Assembly: GCF_018977255.1 (NCBI RefSeq)
Contig: NW_024704742.1
Location: 41,728,001 to 41,792,000 of the forward strand
DNA length: 64,000 bases
Reading direction: 5' to 3'
Origin: Callorhinchus milii
Taxonomy: Eukaryota
Both the position numbers and the translations under genes were made by a program. Each line of letters opens with the position of its first letter. The stretch's first letter is position 1. The notes below the pieces were generated by a model. That model searched no databases and was not told the DNA's origin. It saw only the letters and a list, made by a program, of their open reading frames with translations. Below, piece by piece: positions 12,429 to 25,828 of this stretch.

Positions 12429-13989
12429 CAAGCCAACATTTAGCATCGACAATGCTGCTAAATATTTTACAATGAGTTTGCAGCAAAGTGTTCTGAGAAA
12501 AGGCTGATTAGGAACTGTCACAAGATGGGCTGACTTTATATTGATGCAATGTGTTGACAAGTTAAAATGGTTCATGTGAAGAATTGGGCTGAACAAAATA
12601 GGTCAGTCAGTAATGGGAATGCCAGACAGTAACAATGATTGCTATTGATCTAAGTTGTTATTGCCAACTGACCTATTTTGTATACCACCGCTCCCCATTT
12701 GCAATGCATTATCTAGGAAAATGGGCAATATTGACAGAGCATGAGCAGTAACTCTCCGCTTACCCTTCCTGTTGTTTTCATCGGTTCTGTCTGGTCCTAT
12801 GAGATAGTGTGCATATATGTAACAGACACATTCCTATGAACTGATGTGACAACATTTAGCGGAAATACTTAGTAAGTATACATCACCGTCAATGAATTCT
12901 GTCTCGCTTTGTTAGTTATTCATCATATTAAAATTGCAATGACATTAAATGCAATTTAAAATTCTCACCAAAGGCCCCCTCACTGTAAATGATTTTTTTG
13001 CTTTTGTGATTTCTTGACCCCTGCACTTGCATGTTTGCAGTTAAGGTGAAAGTTTTGCTCAGTGTAATCGTTAGTTGGAAGGCTGCTTGGACTTTCGGGT
13101 CCATTATTTTTTCCTTCGTAACAGTATTCAGTGATCAACCAGGACATTAGTTTAGCTCTTGAAAGTCTGCAATGGCATTTTTGTATCTATTAATATACTT
13201 AAAGTATACAATACCCAGTTAATCCACTTTACAATATATTCTGTGAAGCGTTTTGAGACATTTCAACTACGTGATAGGGCGTTATATCAAATGCAAGGAT
13301 TATTATTATTAAGATGTTATCTGTTTGAAAAGATTGGAAAGAGAAAGAAGGGAAATGAGATATAAGAGATCCGACTTTATCCACTTTTCTCTCCACTCTC
13401 TTCCTTCCTGTCTCACTCAATGTCATATTGAATAGTCTCTGCTACTTTCCCTTACCAGCAGGTTCTCTTATGTCTTGGTTTCTCTCCAACTGTTTCTTTG
13501 TCTTTGTGTTGCTCTCTCTTTGTTACTTCCCTGGTCCAGTTCTCTGTCACTCAAGTCCCATTCAGATCACTGTCTGGACGTCTGCTAATTTTGTCTGTAA
13601 AATTTGAATGTCTTTCCAACTATAAATCCCAGAATATTATGCAAATTAAAGTAAACAAAATAGCTTATGTTATACAGGACATGCTCCATGCAGTAACATA
13701 ACAACAAACTCTGCAACCCCCAATACTACATAATAATAATTCTTGCATTTAATATTGTACCTTATCACGACTCAAAACACTTCACAGTATTTTACTGTAA
13801 AGTGTAGTGACTGTTTATTTGTACGTGAAAGAAGCAGCCAGTTTCTGTACCTCAAAGTCCCACCAACATCCATGAGGGATTCTCCTAATTTTCAAAGCAA
13901 ATCAAGCGGAACAGTAGAACAACCATCAATCTCTCCCCAATCCCCTAACTGGTTGCTTTCCAAGGATGATATTTCCTTTGTTACAGGAG

Positions 13990-14355
13990 CACAAGAACCA
14001 TTATGTTAACAGGGTGTTTGATTTTCTCCATTCATAATTATCCCTATGACTTTCAGACATGTCCCGAACAAGATATTTACACAGTTCCTTTTAAATCAAT
14101 ATCACTTTCAATGCTTTTGCTGTGAGCCTGTTCCACATTTCTCCTACTCTGTGAAGATAAAATATTCTTCTCATTTCCAATCTTGCTTGAGGCTTGTAAT
14201 TTTGTACTCACATCCTTTAGTTCTTTGCTCACAGTTCAACTTAAATAACCTGCATTCCCCAAATTGTCCCACGCCTTTCATCTTTTTAAAGACTTGATCG
14301 TATCCCCACGCAATCTTTTCTCCAATTAATTTAATCTCCATGAGTTTCCCTTCAA
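13990..14355 (-). mobile_element. CR1 3' fragment, decayed
   Basis: CTGTTCCACATTTCTCCTACTCTGTGAAGATAAAATATTCTT...ATCTTTTTAAAGACTTGATCGTATCCCC is a CR1 reverse-complement pattern. Confidence 0.6.
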
Positions 14356-14509
14356 ACAATTTAAATTTACATTTATATAACACCTTTCACATCAACAGGA
14401 TGTCTCAAACTGCTTTGTATGGCTGATTGAAGTGGGAAAGAGGAGCTGATGGGTATGTGTGTCTATGTGTTTGTGTGTGGGGTGGGAGGTAAACGTAGCT
14501 GAAAATGTG

Positions 14510-14982
14510 GTATACCTACCTGGACCCGTATACTTACCCGGACCAAACTCCGTATCCCCATCTCACAAGTTCTGGCCAGGCTCCACTGGCTCCCCATCAC
14601 TGAACGCATCGACTTCCTCACTCTCGTATTCAAATCCATTCATTCCCTGGCACCTCCCTATCTCTCCGACCTCCTCACTCCCCAATCCACCACCCGACAC
14701 ATTCGCTCGACTGGCACCAGCCTCCTGAGAGTCACTTGCGCCCTCCCCTCCACCATTGGAGGTCACGGATTCAGCCACTACGCCCCAAAATTGCGGAACA
14801 CTCTCCATCAATCCCTCTGCCTTGCCCCCTCTCTCCCCTTATTTCAAGTCCCGCCTGAAAACCTTCCTTTTCGACCGTGCTTAAGGTCATCCCCCCAGCT
14901 CAGAGTCAAGCTCCACCACTGTTAATTACTCTGATATGCTACCCTGTGTAGAAGGCACTATATAAGTGCAAGTTGTTGTTGT
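14510..14982 (+). mobile_element. L2 subfamily b, 3' end
   Basis: CTCCACTGGCTCCCCATC (LHWLPI) and tail GGCACTATATAAGTGCAAGTTGTTGTTGT; homologous to 57303-58213. Confidence 0.85.
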
Positions 14983-15684
14983 AAAAAAGATAGGTCTGAT
15001 GGCGAATTTTGGAAGTGAAGAGGACTAGGTAGAGAGCTCCAGGATGGTGTTCCAGAGAATGGGGGCAGAATGGTTGAAAGCTTGACCACTAATGGTGGGA
15101 CGGATTGAATAGGGAACATGAGGGAGAAGTCGGTATAGTAGGATCCAGGAGGTCACAGAAGGGAATTTTTCATTCAAACCAATCCTATAATCTTGTGACC
15201 ATATCCTGTCACTTGTCTATCTGGGGTTTTCCTAGCGAGAAGGTTTCCTATCTCAAACTAGGCATTGGCTCCCTGTGGGTTGTTAGTTTCCTGAGATTCT
15301 GATAGTGAAAACCAGGCCAGAATAGATGTTACGTTCTTGGGTCTTTGAGTAGAAGATCATTAAGCCAGCAAAAGAGTTCATAGGTGATGTCTCCAATGTG
15401 ACATGGTAGTAACTATTGGGAAAGGATTACTCTATGTGTGCAGTTCCTTACAAAATGTGTTGCAATATTATGGGGATTGGGCGTTATTACTTATTGCCTT
15501 CCCGACGGATGCAATGCATTGAACTGCCTGACCTGATTAGTCCTTCTGCTCACATGATACAATATTGCCATTCGGATCCCTATGGGATACATACTGTTAA
15601 AGTGAGTAATGTTGTTTACCTGCTTCAAAACTGATTTTGGACAGTTCGTTGGCACAATTTTGTCAATACTGTAATTAGGCATTT

Positions 15685-15962
15685 ATAATAATCCTTGCAG
15701 TTGATACGGCGCTTTTCACATCTTCTAGACATCTCACAGCGCTTCACAGAATATACTGTAAAGTGAATTGACTGTATATTTGTGGGCAAACCGCGGCAGC
15801 CAATTGAGTGACCAAATTATTATTTTATTATTTTTTTTCTTGAGGGATTATTATCAGGCGTGTGGAGTAAGGAAACTTGCCCAAGGTTTTGCCCTGCCAC
15901 GAATTGAACCCAAGTCTCTTGCTTGTGAGGCGAGTGCTCTAACCACTGAGCTACAGAACTCC
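15685..15962 (-). mobile_element. tRNA-Ala SINE, short variant, full length
   Basis: Reverse complement of the copy at 16644; the head reads GAGTGCTCTAACCACTGAGCTACAG on +. Confidence 0.92.
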
Positions 15963-16364
15963 ACAAGTCCTGTAGCTTTCTCTTTGGTGATATTTGTTTT
16001 AATGCGTGAAGTTCATTACAAAATGTGTTGCAATATTGTGGGGATTGTGGAGAAGACTTTCCTCTTCGACCATGCCTACGGTCACCATTCCCTGGCTTGG
16101 GGCAGTGCTCCACCACTATCAAGCTCTCTGGGAAGCTACCCTGCGTGAGGGATGCTGTACAAATGCAAGTTGTCGTTGTAATCGTCCAAGTACTATGGAT
16201 GAGATTGCCTGGGTGTTGGAGGGTTGTGGGGACAGAAGAAGGTTGTTAAAATGAGTGAGAGGAACGAGAGAGCTTTATTAAGGAAGCAGATATAGAATGA
16301 TCATTCCTCCTCAAATCATCTCCTCATCTTGTGCAATGGCTGGATTGCTGGAGAACCTGAGCAC

Positions 16365-16625
16365 AATAAGAATCCTTGCATTTCATATAGCACACTTTAA
16401 TATTGAAACGTCACAGAGAAATGCTTGTTAGATGTAATGACTTTGTGTTTGTAGGCAAACGTAGCAGCCAATTTGCGCACAGCAATGTCTCACAAAGAGC
16501 CTTGAAGTGAATGGCACATTAATCTGAAGGACTGTTGGCCAGGAGAACTGAAGAAACTCCCTTCTCTTTAACGTCCACCTGAACAGGCACATGGGACCTC
16601 GGTTTAGTATCTCATCTGAAGGACT
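16365..16625 (-). mobile_element. DeuSINE-like SINE fragment
   Basis: TTTAACGTCCACCTGAACAGGCACATGGGACCTCGGTTTAGTATCTCATCTGAAGGAC, reverse complement of the Deu core. Confidence 0.75.
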
Positions 16626-16643
16626 CAGCCTACTGTGTATTGT

Positions 16644-16968
16644 GGAGTGCTGTAGCTCAGTGGTTAGAGCACTCGCCTTGCAAGCGAGAGACCTGGGTTT
16701 GATTCCTGGCAGGATGAGAGCTTGGACAAGCTTCCTTACTCCACACCCCTAATAATAATCCCTCAAGAAAAAAACTCCAAAACAATAATAAATTGGTCAC
16801 TTCAATCCACGACTGTTTGTGGGACACTGCTTGTGCGGAATTGGCTGCCACCACGTTTCGCCTACAACTGTACAGTCAATTCACTTTACAATATATTCTG
16901 TGAAGTACTTTGAGACGTCTCGAAGATGTGAAAAGCGCTATATCAAATGCAAGGATTATTATTATTAT
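16644..16968 (+). mobile_element. tRNA-Ala SINE, short variant, full length
   Basis: Head GGAGTGCTGTAGCTCAGTGGTTAGAGCACTCGCCTTGCAAGCGAGAGACCTGGGTTTGATTCC with TGC in the anticodon loop, and an (ATT)n tail. Confidence 0.95.
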
Positions 16969-17685
16969 CGTGCAGGGCAGGCAGAGCTACTGATAAAGAA
17001 TGACTCGGTGTCAACATTAGAAACATAATTTCCCCACCAACAAGCCTGAATACTCTTGTGTGAAGATGGGATAGGAGATAATCATACAAAAGAGGCCAGT
17101 CAGCAAAATGATAATACTCTGAATTGAAAAGAAAGACAACCATCAGAGAGGTTGGAGCCTGACTTGGTAACAGAAATATGCAGACTCTAGAGGCACTGTT
17201 AATCTTTGGAAAAATAATGCTGAAAAGTAAGGATCCTCCAGAGGTTGGTATCAAACTTTTGATATACACCAAGATAAATTAGATTGTATACTGGATTGAA
17301 ACCTAGAAGCTTTGCCACCAAGCTACTGCTTTTTTGGGTCCTCCTGGAATTTCTCACTCACAAACAAAACACACTTGGCTGTATTTGAAGTAAAATTATT
17401 GTTGCTCTGGGGAGTGTTCAGGCAGGTTCAGTGCTTGAAGCAAACAAGAGTCAGCTTCTGCAACAGCTCATTTTAAACCATGTCGTGTTGAACATCTGGA
17501 AAAGTTTAGATTGCACCACACATTGATACAATGTGTTTTCATGTTTTTTTGTAATTCTTTCAGTTAAATGTTATACAAAAGTGGCAGTTATGATTGGGGA
17601 TCATGTTATCTCACCATTATGCAATTCTCTCTTTACAAACCTAATAATGTTCTTGTAAGAAGAATTTTCTAAAGTTCTTTGTAAT

Positions 17686-17870
17686 ATAATAGTAATAATA
17701 ATCCTTGTATTTGATTTAGCTCCTTATCACATCTTCAAGACGTCTCAAAGCGCTACACCGAATATACGGTAAAGTAAATTCACTGTATGTTTTGTGAGAG
17801 AAACGCAGCAGTCAATTGCAAGCAGCAGAGTCCCACAAACAGCCGTGGATTGAGTGAACAAATTATTATT
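17686..17870 (-). mobile_element. SINE 3' half
   Basis: Reverse complement of the tail and body of the same SINE family. Confidence 0.85.
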
Positions 17871-18220
17871 AGGAGATAACAAAAGCCCTTAATTGTTTTT
17901 TTAGAAGTAAGCTGAACAGAAACAAAATAAAGAGAGTTTAAAAAAGAGGCCTCTCATATAGTTCTGAGATACACACTGAGAAACCCAACTTTAAACTCAT
18001 CTTTATTCAAATGTGGCAATGCACTGTTTCTGCAAAGCTTGCACATAGACTGTACTTCGCTGGTTGTAAAATAGGTTTTAAATAATTTATACTGCATAAA
18101 ATACAAGTGATGGCTGATGTCTCCCATAAATATGGACGCAAAGTCGAAGACAGTATCAAACAACAACAGCCTGCATTCATATAGGGCCCTTTACTCCCCA
18201 AGATGGGGTGATGGACGGTG

Positions 18221-18392
18221 ATAATAATAATAATAATAATAATAATTCTTGCATTTGATATAGCACTTTTCACATCTTCTAGACGTCTCAAAGCGCTTCA
18301 CAGAATATGCTGTAAAATGAATTGACTGTATATTTGTGGGTGAAACGCTGCAGCCAGTTGCGCACAACAGTGTCCCACAAACAGTCGTTTGT
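18221..18392 (-). mobile_element. SINE 3' half with long (AAT)n tail
   Basis: (AAT)~9 followed by CTTGCATTTGATATAGCACTTTTCACATCTTCTAGACGTCTCAAAGCGCTTC. Confidence 0.88.
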
Positions 18393-18404
18393 GATGAAGT
18401 TGGA

Positions 18405-18870
18405 CTCTGAGCAAGGGAAGGTGATTATAGGTGTGGTTGAAGAGATAGATCTTGAAGTGGTATTTAAAGAAAGATAAGGGTGCAGGGGGAGGATGGTGGG
18501 TTTGAGGCAGGGTGGGTTTGACCAGAGATTCCAGAGGTAATGGCTCAAGGCGAATGAGTCAAGAGATGCAGAGGAAGGCCTGGAACAGCTGAGAAAAGGG
18601 GGGCAACAGTACAATTTAGATATTTAAATTTACATTTAGATAGCCCGATTCGTGTCAGGAGGATATCCCAGGCGCTTAGCAATCCTGGCTTGGCACATAG
18701 GCTGGAGGTGGGAATCGACAGGGGATAGGGAGGGGAAATATGTCCAAAAATATGGTGGAAGAGATAGGTATTGAGATGGACCTTGAATGAGGTGAGATAG
18801 TGAGTGAGTCGGGGGGAATCTGGAATGGAGTTCAGAAAGTGGGGCAGACAAGCTAAAAGCCAATGCAGGT
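18405..18870 (-). mobile_element. Two adjacent decayed L2 3' fragments
   Basis: Minus-strand FKVHLNTYLF-like motif; an L2 tail ACATTTAGATAGCCCGATTCGTGTCAGGAGGATATCCC sits at about 18632. Confidence 0.65.
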
Positions 18871-20604
18871 ACATTCCTCCACACTCCTTTACAGCTATGC
18901 CAAAGTGTCACTGGGAGCTTGGGAGCAGTGTCTACTCATCCTATTGGTCATTTATATGACTATAAGAAATGGGAAGAGAAAACACATTTTTAAAAGTACT
19001 TAAATGAGCAAATGTTCCTTCAGGAAGGGACAAAATATCAAAGTGGTTCAAGTTTGTATTTTTATGAATACATGTAGAATTAACTGTGTAGGTTCTTATA
19101 TAGAGCCTAATCAATAGAAACCGGTACAGCGCAGATTATATAGGTAAGCCTTTAAAATATTTGTACAATTGCTTTGTTGGAGTTGGAGAAAAAACACTTT
19201 GTTAAAGAATTTTATCTCAATCAAACAGAATTGAGCTGCGATAAAGTTGACATTATTGTCTGTGCCCAATTGTTAATGTGAATTAAGAGAACCTTTCTAC
19301 ACAGAGGATTGAAAGCACACCTAAGCAGCATTTTATGAGCAAGAATATAGCAAATGCTATTAAATTAAGTAGTTGAGAAATCTCACCACATTACCAGTGT
19401 TTATAATATTCTGTGATTTTTTTCTGATGCAATCATGCTTTAGAAATCAATTCTCGTACATATATTTGCAAGGCCAGATGTGGTTGCCAGAATATCTGTA
19501 ATATAACAACTTTGATGACATTTATATGTGTGTGTGGGCTCCCACTTTGCCAAAATATTTTGACTCATTCCGTAATCAGTCTTACGCAAAGTAAAGGCTT
19601 ATTACACATCATGGATTTAGATGCATTCTCATACTTTCCTCCATTGTTCACATATTTGTTCAGGTCCAATGAGTGCTCATGGCTGCTGGTCTCCAGTATC
19701 TCTCAGTATTTGCCAGAGAAACCACTGTTAGTTCAAAGAAAATGTAAAGCATTCAAGTGATTTGAGCATATTGCCAAGACTTTACCAAGTTCATTAGTTA
19801 TTTCCATTGAAACTGTTTATTTGTTTAGAATACAATGGTTTAGTCCTAGCAGTTGTAAAGTAAAGGCAATGACTGCAGGCCTCTGTTACCCAAGTTGAAT
19901 TCCGAGCCAAAAATGCGCTTACCCTTCATTTCCCCCATTGTTTCAAAATCTATTGTGAATGGCTCTTCACAGACAGTGAAAAATAGTCATATAATTAACA
20001 TTGGTTTAAAACTGACTTTGTGGTAATATCTTCCAGAATATTAATATCTCTCCTTTATGCTCTTTATGCAAGACAGAAACACATTGTCTGCTGAGGGTAT
20101 ATTCCCATCAAGGTTCTGTTGACCTGATCTTTTTAACACAGTAGATAGTGTAACACTGTGGGGTGGGGGGTGGGGGCGGGGAGGAGGGGGTGTGAAAATT
20201 ATGATGTTTCCTATTGGGTTTGATGTGATAACTCTCACATTGAATTTGTTATGAAACATCACATTTTCACTCCATAATCAGCAAAAGTGGAAATGAATTT
20301 CAGTAATGAGTACAGTTGAGAGGTGAAAATATACACTGATACAGAGCAAATATTCCAAATTAAGTTTAAATCAACTTGCACTAAAAGATATCCAATAACA
20401 TAGCAATAAACCATTATACACAGTATAATTAAATGTAAAAACTACTAAACTGTTCCACATCACTGAGCATTTCACAGAGAACAGATAATTTACTAATTGA
20501 TGATGGGACAGTGAAGGAGTGGGCTGCAGTAGCGCCAACAGCTTGGTCAATTAATCCTTTTTCTTCTATAATTTGGTATTGAAGAAACTATTCCTGTAGG
20601 GTTC

Positions 20605-21160
20605 ATAAAACACCTCAGCTAGAGTACTGTGTTCAGTTCTGGGCCCCACACTTTAGGAAGGTTGCCAAGGCATTGGAGAGAGTGCAAAGGAGATTTATCA
20701 GAATGATACCAGGATTGAAGTATTTCAGTTATGAGGAGAGGCTAGAGAAACTAGGATTATTCTCCTGGGAGTAGAGAAGGTTAAAAGGAGACTTAATGGA
20801 AGTTTTCAAAATTATGAGGGGATTTGATAGGGTGAACAAGAAATTATTTCCACGGGTGGGTGGGTTGGTAACCCGAGGACATCAATTTAAACAATTGTTA
20901 AAAGAAACAGAGGGGAGGTGAGGAGAAATTGTTGCACACAGTGAGTTGTTCGGATCTGGAATGCACTGCCTGAAAGGGTGGTGGAAGCCAATTTGATAAC
21001 AACATTTAAGAGAGAAATGGATAATTATTTGGGAAGACAAGTTTGCAAGGCTATGGAAAGAGAGTGGGGGAGTGGGATTGATTTGGATAGTTCTTTTCAA
21101 AGAGCCGACACAGACACAATGGGCCGAATGACTTCCTTCTGTGCTGTATAATTCTATGAA
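20605..21160 (+). mobile_element. CR1-clade LINE 3' end
   Basis: CCTCAGCTAGAGTACTGTGTTCAGTTCTGGGCCCCACAC (PQLEYCVQFWAPH) and tail GGGCCGAATGACTTCCTTCTGTGCTGTATAATTCTATGA. Confidence 0.92.
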
Positions 21161-22900
21161 ACTGCAATACCTATTCCTGTTGGGGTCATTAACTAGAAAC
21201 ATTCATAAATGGAACTTCCAGCTGATATTCCACTTCAAAATATGGCGTTAAACAGTTTACGCTCATGCTACAGAATTATACCTGACAAGTTCTCTATCTC
21301 ATGAATAGCTGCGAGCCTATACAGGATAGAAATGTCATTAAATGTATTAATGGTCAACAGCAACAGCTTTCAACCAAAAGGTGGAACAGTTATCCACCTT
21401 TGGAGAAAAAAGTACAAAATAAAATAATCAATAATAGTAATCCTTACATTTGGTATAGCGCCTTCGATTCAATGTCAGGCGGACATCTTAAAATGCTTCA
21501 CAGGATTTACTGTAAAGTGAAATGACTGTGTATTTTGTGGGCAAAATAATAATTTATTTTATCGCTTTAACCATAATCTGATTTCTTATCTTTTTCATTA
21601 ACAAGCCCTGGTAACTGTTTTTCATAATAGCTTAGAGATGTAGGATCCCAAATTATAATTTGTAATGACAGCAACTGCAAAAGAAAGTTGACTTGAAGGT
21701 CAGACTCCTCTCTCCAGTAATGCAGAGGCCAGACTTGCATGCACCTGGAGTTGTACAAGGGTGTGGCCACAAGGAATCTGGGCAGAGAGCTGCATTGCTC
21801 ATTTTTTTTCTATGAATGGCCTTAAACTGACTCTTGGAGTTATGCAAAGGTATAACTTGCCTGAAGCAATTCTTATCTGTGTGTACTGTCATGTTACTGC
21901 TTTTCAAGTGAAGACAAATACATGACAGTGGTGGACCAATCTCTGAATTAGCTCTGCTAGACCAGTTTCAACTGGTGAACAGTCTAAAAGTTTTTTTTAC
22001 TTATGCCCTGCTGTCTTTTACGCTTATAGAGTGGCTCCATTTATTCTAAGCTACATGCTGAAGGAGTACGACCATTTGATTTATATGCTACAGCTCTAAA
22101 TGAATACTGGAGGAGAAGGCTCTGAAAAACATGTAAATTTCAAAAAGATACATATAAATTAAAATGTCATGGTGAAATAGCTTATTTCCTCAACAGACAT
22201 CCCATCTTTTCTGTGTTCCCAAGGCCAGAAGTGGAAACATACATGTTATTACTTATGCTGGACTCCCTGGATCACCTGCTGCCCATTGCTCACTGTCAAT
22301 GGCTGAACTTGGCTCTGTTGGTGCTGAAGGACCATTATTTGAGGAATGGACAAGAGGGCACAGGAAGTATTTCTTTACACAGCTGGAACGAGTTTCTAGG
22401 ACATTAGTTTGAGGCCAGAGTGGTGGACTCATTTACAAAACAGTTTGCTGCTCTAATGGGAAGATGGGAGGATGGGTATTCTCAAAGGACTGGAACAAAT
22501 AGGCCAAAGACCCTTCTTCAACCATACTTCTCTTGTGATCTTGTGAATCCTGGTCTAGAAAATAAAACAATTAAGAAAGTACGGAGGGGGAAAATACCAC
22601 TCAGCCATCTGTTCCTGCACCAATGCAAAATTTGCCTTGTCAATGTACATCCTGGGGAAATTCTACATGAATACTCTTTGATGTTCCAAAGATAATAAAA
22701 CAAAATCTGCAGAATATTTTCCATCTCCATATTGCCACGAATGAACTCAAGTTTCCTTCCCTCCACAGGTAACATTTACCCCCAGCTCACACTCTCTCCC
22801 TTCTTTAAATCTCTTCTTAAGCGGGGTGGTGATGTTCGTTGATGAAGCATTAAGTCCTGCATTGTGACTAGATTTCAATTTCCTTTTTTGCTGGCTAGAG

Positions 22901-23081
22901 CAGGATGGTCCAACTGGTGGCCCGCGGGCCATATCCATTTCATCTGGCCCACCTGCTCCCTCCATAACCTGTAAATGTTATGATTCTGGAAGGGAAACAC
23001 AAAAATATTGCTTATGCGGCTCATTGATGCTTCTCAAATCGGGCATCCGGCCTTCAGTAGCCAAACGATTGGACCACCCCA
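22901..23081. mobile_element. hAT-type MITE (about 180 bp)
   Basis: Ends are CAGGATGGTCCAA and TTGGACCACCCCA, flanked by GGCTAGAG and GGTTAGAG (7/8 TSD), with a subterminal GGCCCGCGGGCC. Confidence 0.7.
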
Positions 23082-23179
23082 GGTTAGAGGATCAGAGGTT
23101 TGGAACCAGCAGCCATAAGGGCCAACAAGACATATCAGGAGCAACTCTGGCAATGTAAACATGACGTAAACGATGAGTC

Positions 23180-23440
23180 AACTGACACCCCAAGATCTCT
23201 TTCAGCTTCCCCCTTGGCGAGTTGTATCCCATCCATGGAGTACATGCATCTCCTATTCTTACTTTCTATATGTAGTACTTTGCATTCATTTGTATTAAAA
23301 TTCATTTTCCGGTTATCAGCCCATGTGTGTACCCTATCAAGCTTTCTTTGAAAGATCTTTGCTGCCTTATTGAATTCCACAGTTCTCCCAATTTGGTTTT
23401 ATCTGCAAATCATGCACTTCGAATCCAAGTCATTAATATA
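23180..23440 (-). mobile_element. CR1 RT-domain fragment
   Basis: ORF 23135..23380 encodes QRKLDRVHTWADNRKMNFNTNECKVLHI...ERDLGV, a CR1 ORF2 motif. Confidence 0.85.
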
Positions 23441-24386
23441 TAAACAGATCAGAATTTTGGCCAATCTTTCTGTGTCTTTTCTTCCTTTCTTATTTCAAAT
23501 CGTGGATCTGAATCTGCATAAATAGTCATACATTAAAGGTTCCATGGCACTATTTGAAAAAAAATGGAGTTTCTCTCGGCATCCTGGACAACAATGCTTC
23601 AGGCATTTGATTATTCACAATATGTCCTGTTTGGGACATCCTCCCGACGTGAGAGGCGCTATACAAATGTAATCTTGTTGTTGCTTGTGGAATATTGCTG
23701 TGACGAAATTGACAAAGTCACTACATAAAAGCCCATGAAGTGTTTCAATGTGACAAAGAACTATATCAAACACAAAGAAGAAACAACTTTTCAGGATTTT
23801 TTTTACTATTTCCACTGCAATAAACTCAAATATGCCTTTCTCTTATCCGACATGACACTGACATTTTGGATGATTCTAACTTCTAGTTTAGCTCTGCCCA
23901 TGTTCTCAGTGCTGACTTCAGTCCTTTTACAAGCTTATATACATAACAGTTGTACATTTCAGTTTAATTTTCACTCCATTTACATTACACATACAATTGG
24001 CAGGTGCATGGGTGCTGATGTACATGTACTGAGCTAGATAATGGAACTTCGAAAATTGTCATATCATCCATCTGAGTTACATTAGAGAATAAATGGCTTC
24101 TGTGAACCATATCTGCTTTGGCATATAAAAATACCACAAGATGTTGGAAGGGAAGCAGTTTATAAAGACAAACAGAGAAGAGGGTGGGGAAAGAAAGACA
24201 AAGGAAAACATGAGGTGGAGGACAGTAGATGATGAGATCAGAGGTGTTGATGGTCATAGATGTTGGAAAGAGAAGAAAAGTCCTCTTCTCATTTCTCTTT
24301 TGTCATCATGGGTTCTTTAACATCCACCTAAACAGGCAGACATTAGTCTTCTATTCCATCAGCACTGCACTAAATGTCAGCTTAGA

Positions 24387-25130
24387 CAACAGCAACAACA
24401 ATAAAATTACATTTGTATAGCCCCTTTCACATCTGGAGGACATCCCAAGGCTCTGGACAATCAGTGTTTCAGACCCCAGCTGGGGGTCAGGATCGGGGAG
24501 GATGGAGGGCAGTGGGGGGAATGAGGGTGAGGGTGATCGAAGACATGGTCAAAGAGGAGGGTTTTGAAGGAGGCAAGGGAGGGGACGAGGTGCATGGACT
24601 GCGGTATAGAGTTCCAGAGGGTGAGGGCAGCATTGCTGAAGGCTCACCCGCAAATGATGAGGGAGGCAAGTTGGGTACCATGAAGCAGGTCGGAGCCTGC
24701 TGAACGGAGGAAGTGGGCACGTTGGTAGGGGATTAGGAATTCGCAGAGGTATGGGGGAACAAGGCCATGGAGGGCTTTGAAGATTAGGACCAGGATCTTG
24801 AACTGTATCCTCTGTGTGATGGGAAGCCAGTGGGGTCAGGGGTGGATTGGGTGACAGGATCACGGACCCTGGTGCGGAAGAGGACACAGGCTGCAGAGTT
24901 CTGGATGATCTGCAGCAAATGGAGGGAGGAGTTGGGGAGGCTGACCACCAGGGAGTTTGCATAGTTGAGCCTCGATGTTATGAATGCGTTATCAGGAGAG
25001 TGTTGATCTTGCTGACGTTCACCTGAAGAAAGTTAGCTCTCATCCAGGACTTGATGTGGTCCTGGCGTCAAGGGTGAAGTTGACCCCTTGTCTGTGGATG
25101 ATGTCGGCAAGCGGGAGCATATAGATATTG
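24387..25130 (-). mobile_element. L2 3' portion with internal deletions
   Basis: (CAA)n tail at 24387, frameshifted ORF2 C-terminus, and RT-region scraps at 25000-25130. Confidence 0.88.
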
Positions 25131-25828
25131 AGATACTGATATAATAACAATAACAACTTGCACTTATGTAGCAACCTTCGTGTGTGGTAATGTCTTGGAG
25201 CACTAGACTGAATTTCAAGTCCAAATGAGGAGGTTGAATTCCAAATCTGACACAAGGGTGAGAGGGTTTCTTAAGACAGACCAACACTGGTAAATCAACT
25301 CATTTCAGTTGACTTATGATAGATGTACCAAATTTAGTCAGAGTTCCCTCAGGGTTGGAAGGGAGGAAACTGATGCAGTAAAAATTTAAAAGAATTTAGC
25401 CTTTAATCTTAAGATCGTGAAAAAAACATATTAAGAGAGTTGAGACTCTTTACGATGTGATTAATAAACTCTTAGAGGTCATATCTTTTCATCACAGGAA
25501 ATGTGTTAGTCAACATATTATTTACATCCAACTTTTTATGGCAGATGTTAGTCACTGGCTCATATTACCATACTTGTGGCCCACACTCACTTGCTGGCAC
25601 AGACAGTCAAATACCACATGAAAATATTGCTTCACATCTGAACTTCTAAATGTCAACAGCATCATCAAAGAGAAACCAAATCTTCAAAGATCCAAAGATT
25701 TATTGCTTCACCCGTCACAGTTATGATATTAGGAAATAAACTGATCCTTGTAGATTATTATTATTATTATTAAATGAAATGATTTGTTTGCTTGTTGTTT
25801 TCAAGAAACCTTATATTGTTTGTCAGAT

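Noticed and set aside
16644..16715. tRNA-Ala(TGC)-like sequences at SINE heads (also 32010, 35727, 54519, 63746)
   Set aside because: Each continues into the SINE body and L2-type tail with no proper acceptor stem or terminator, so they are SINE heads and not tRNA genes.
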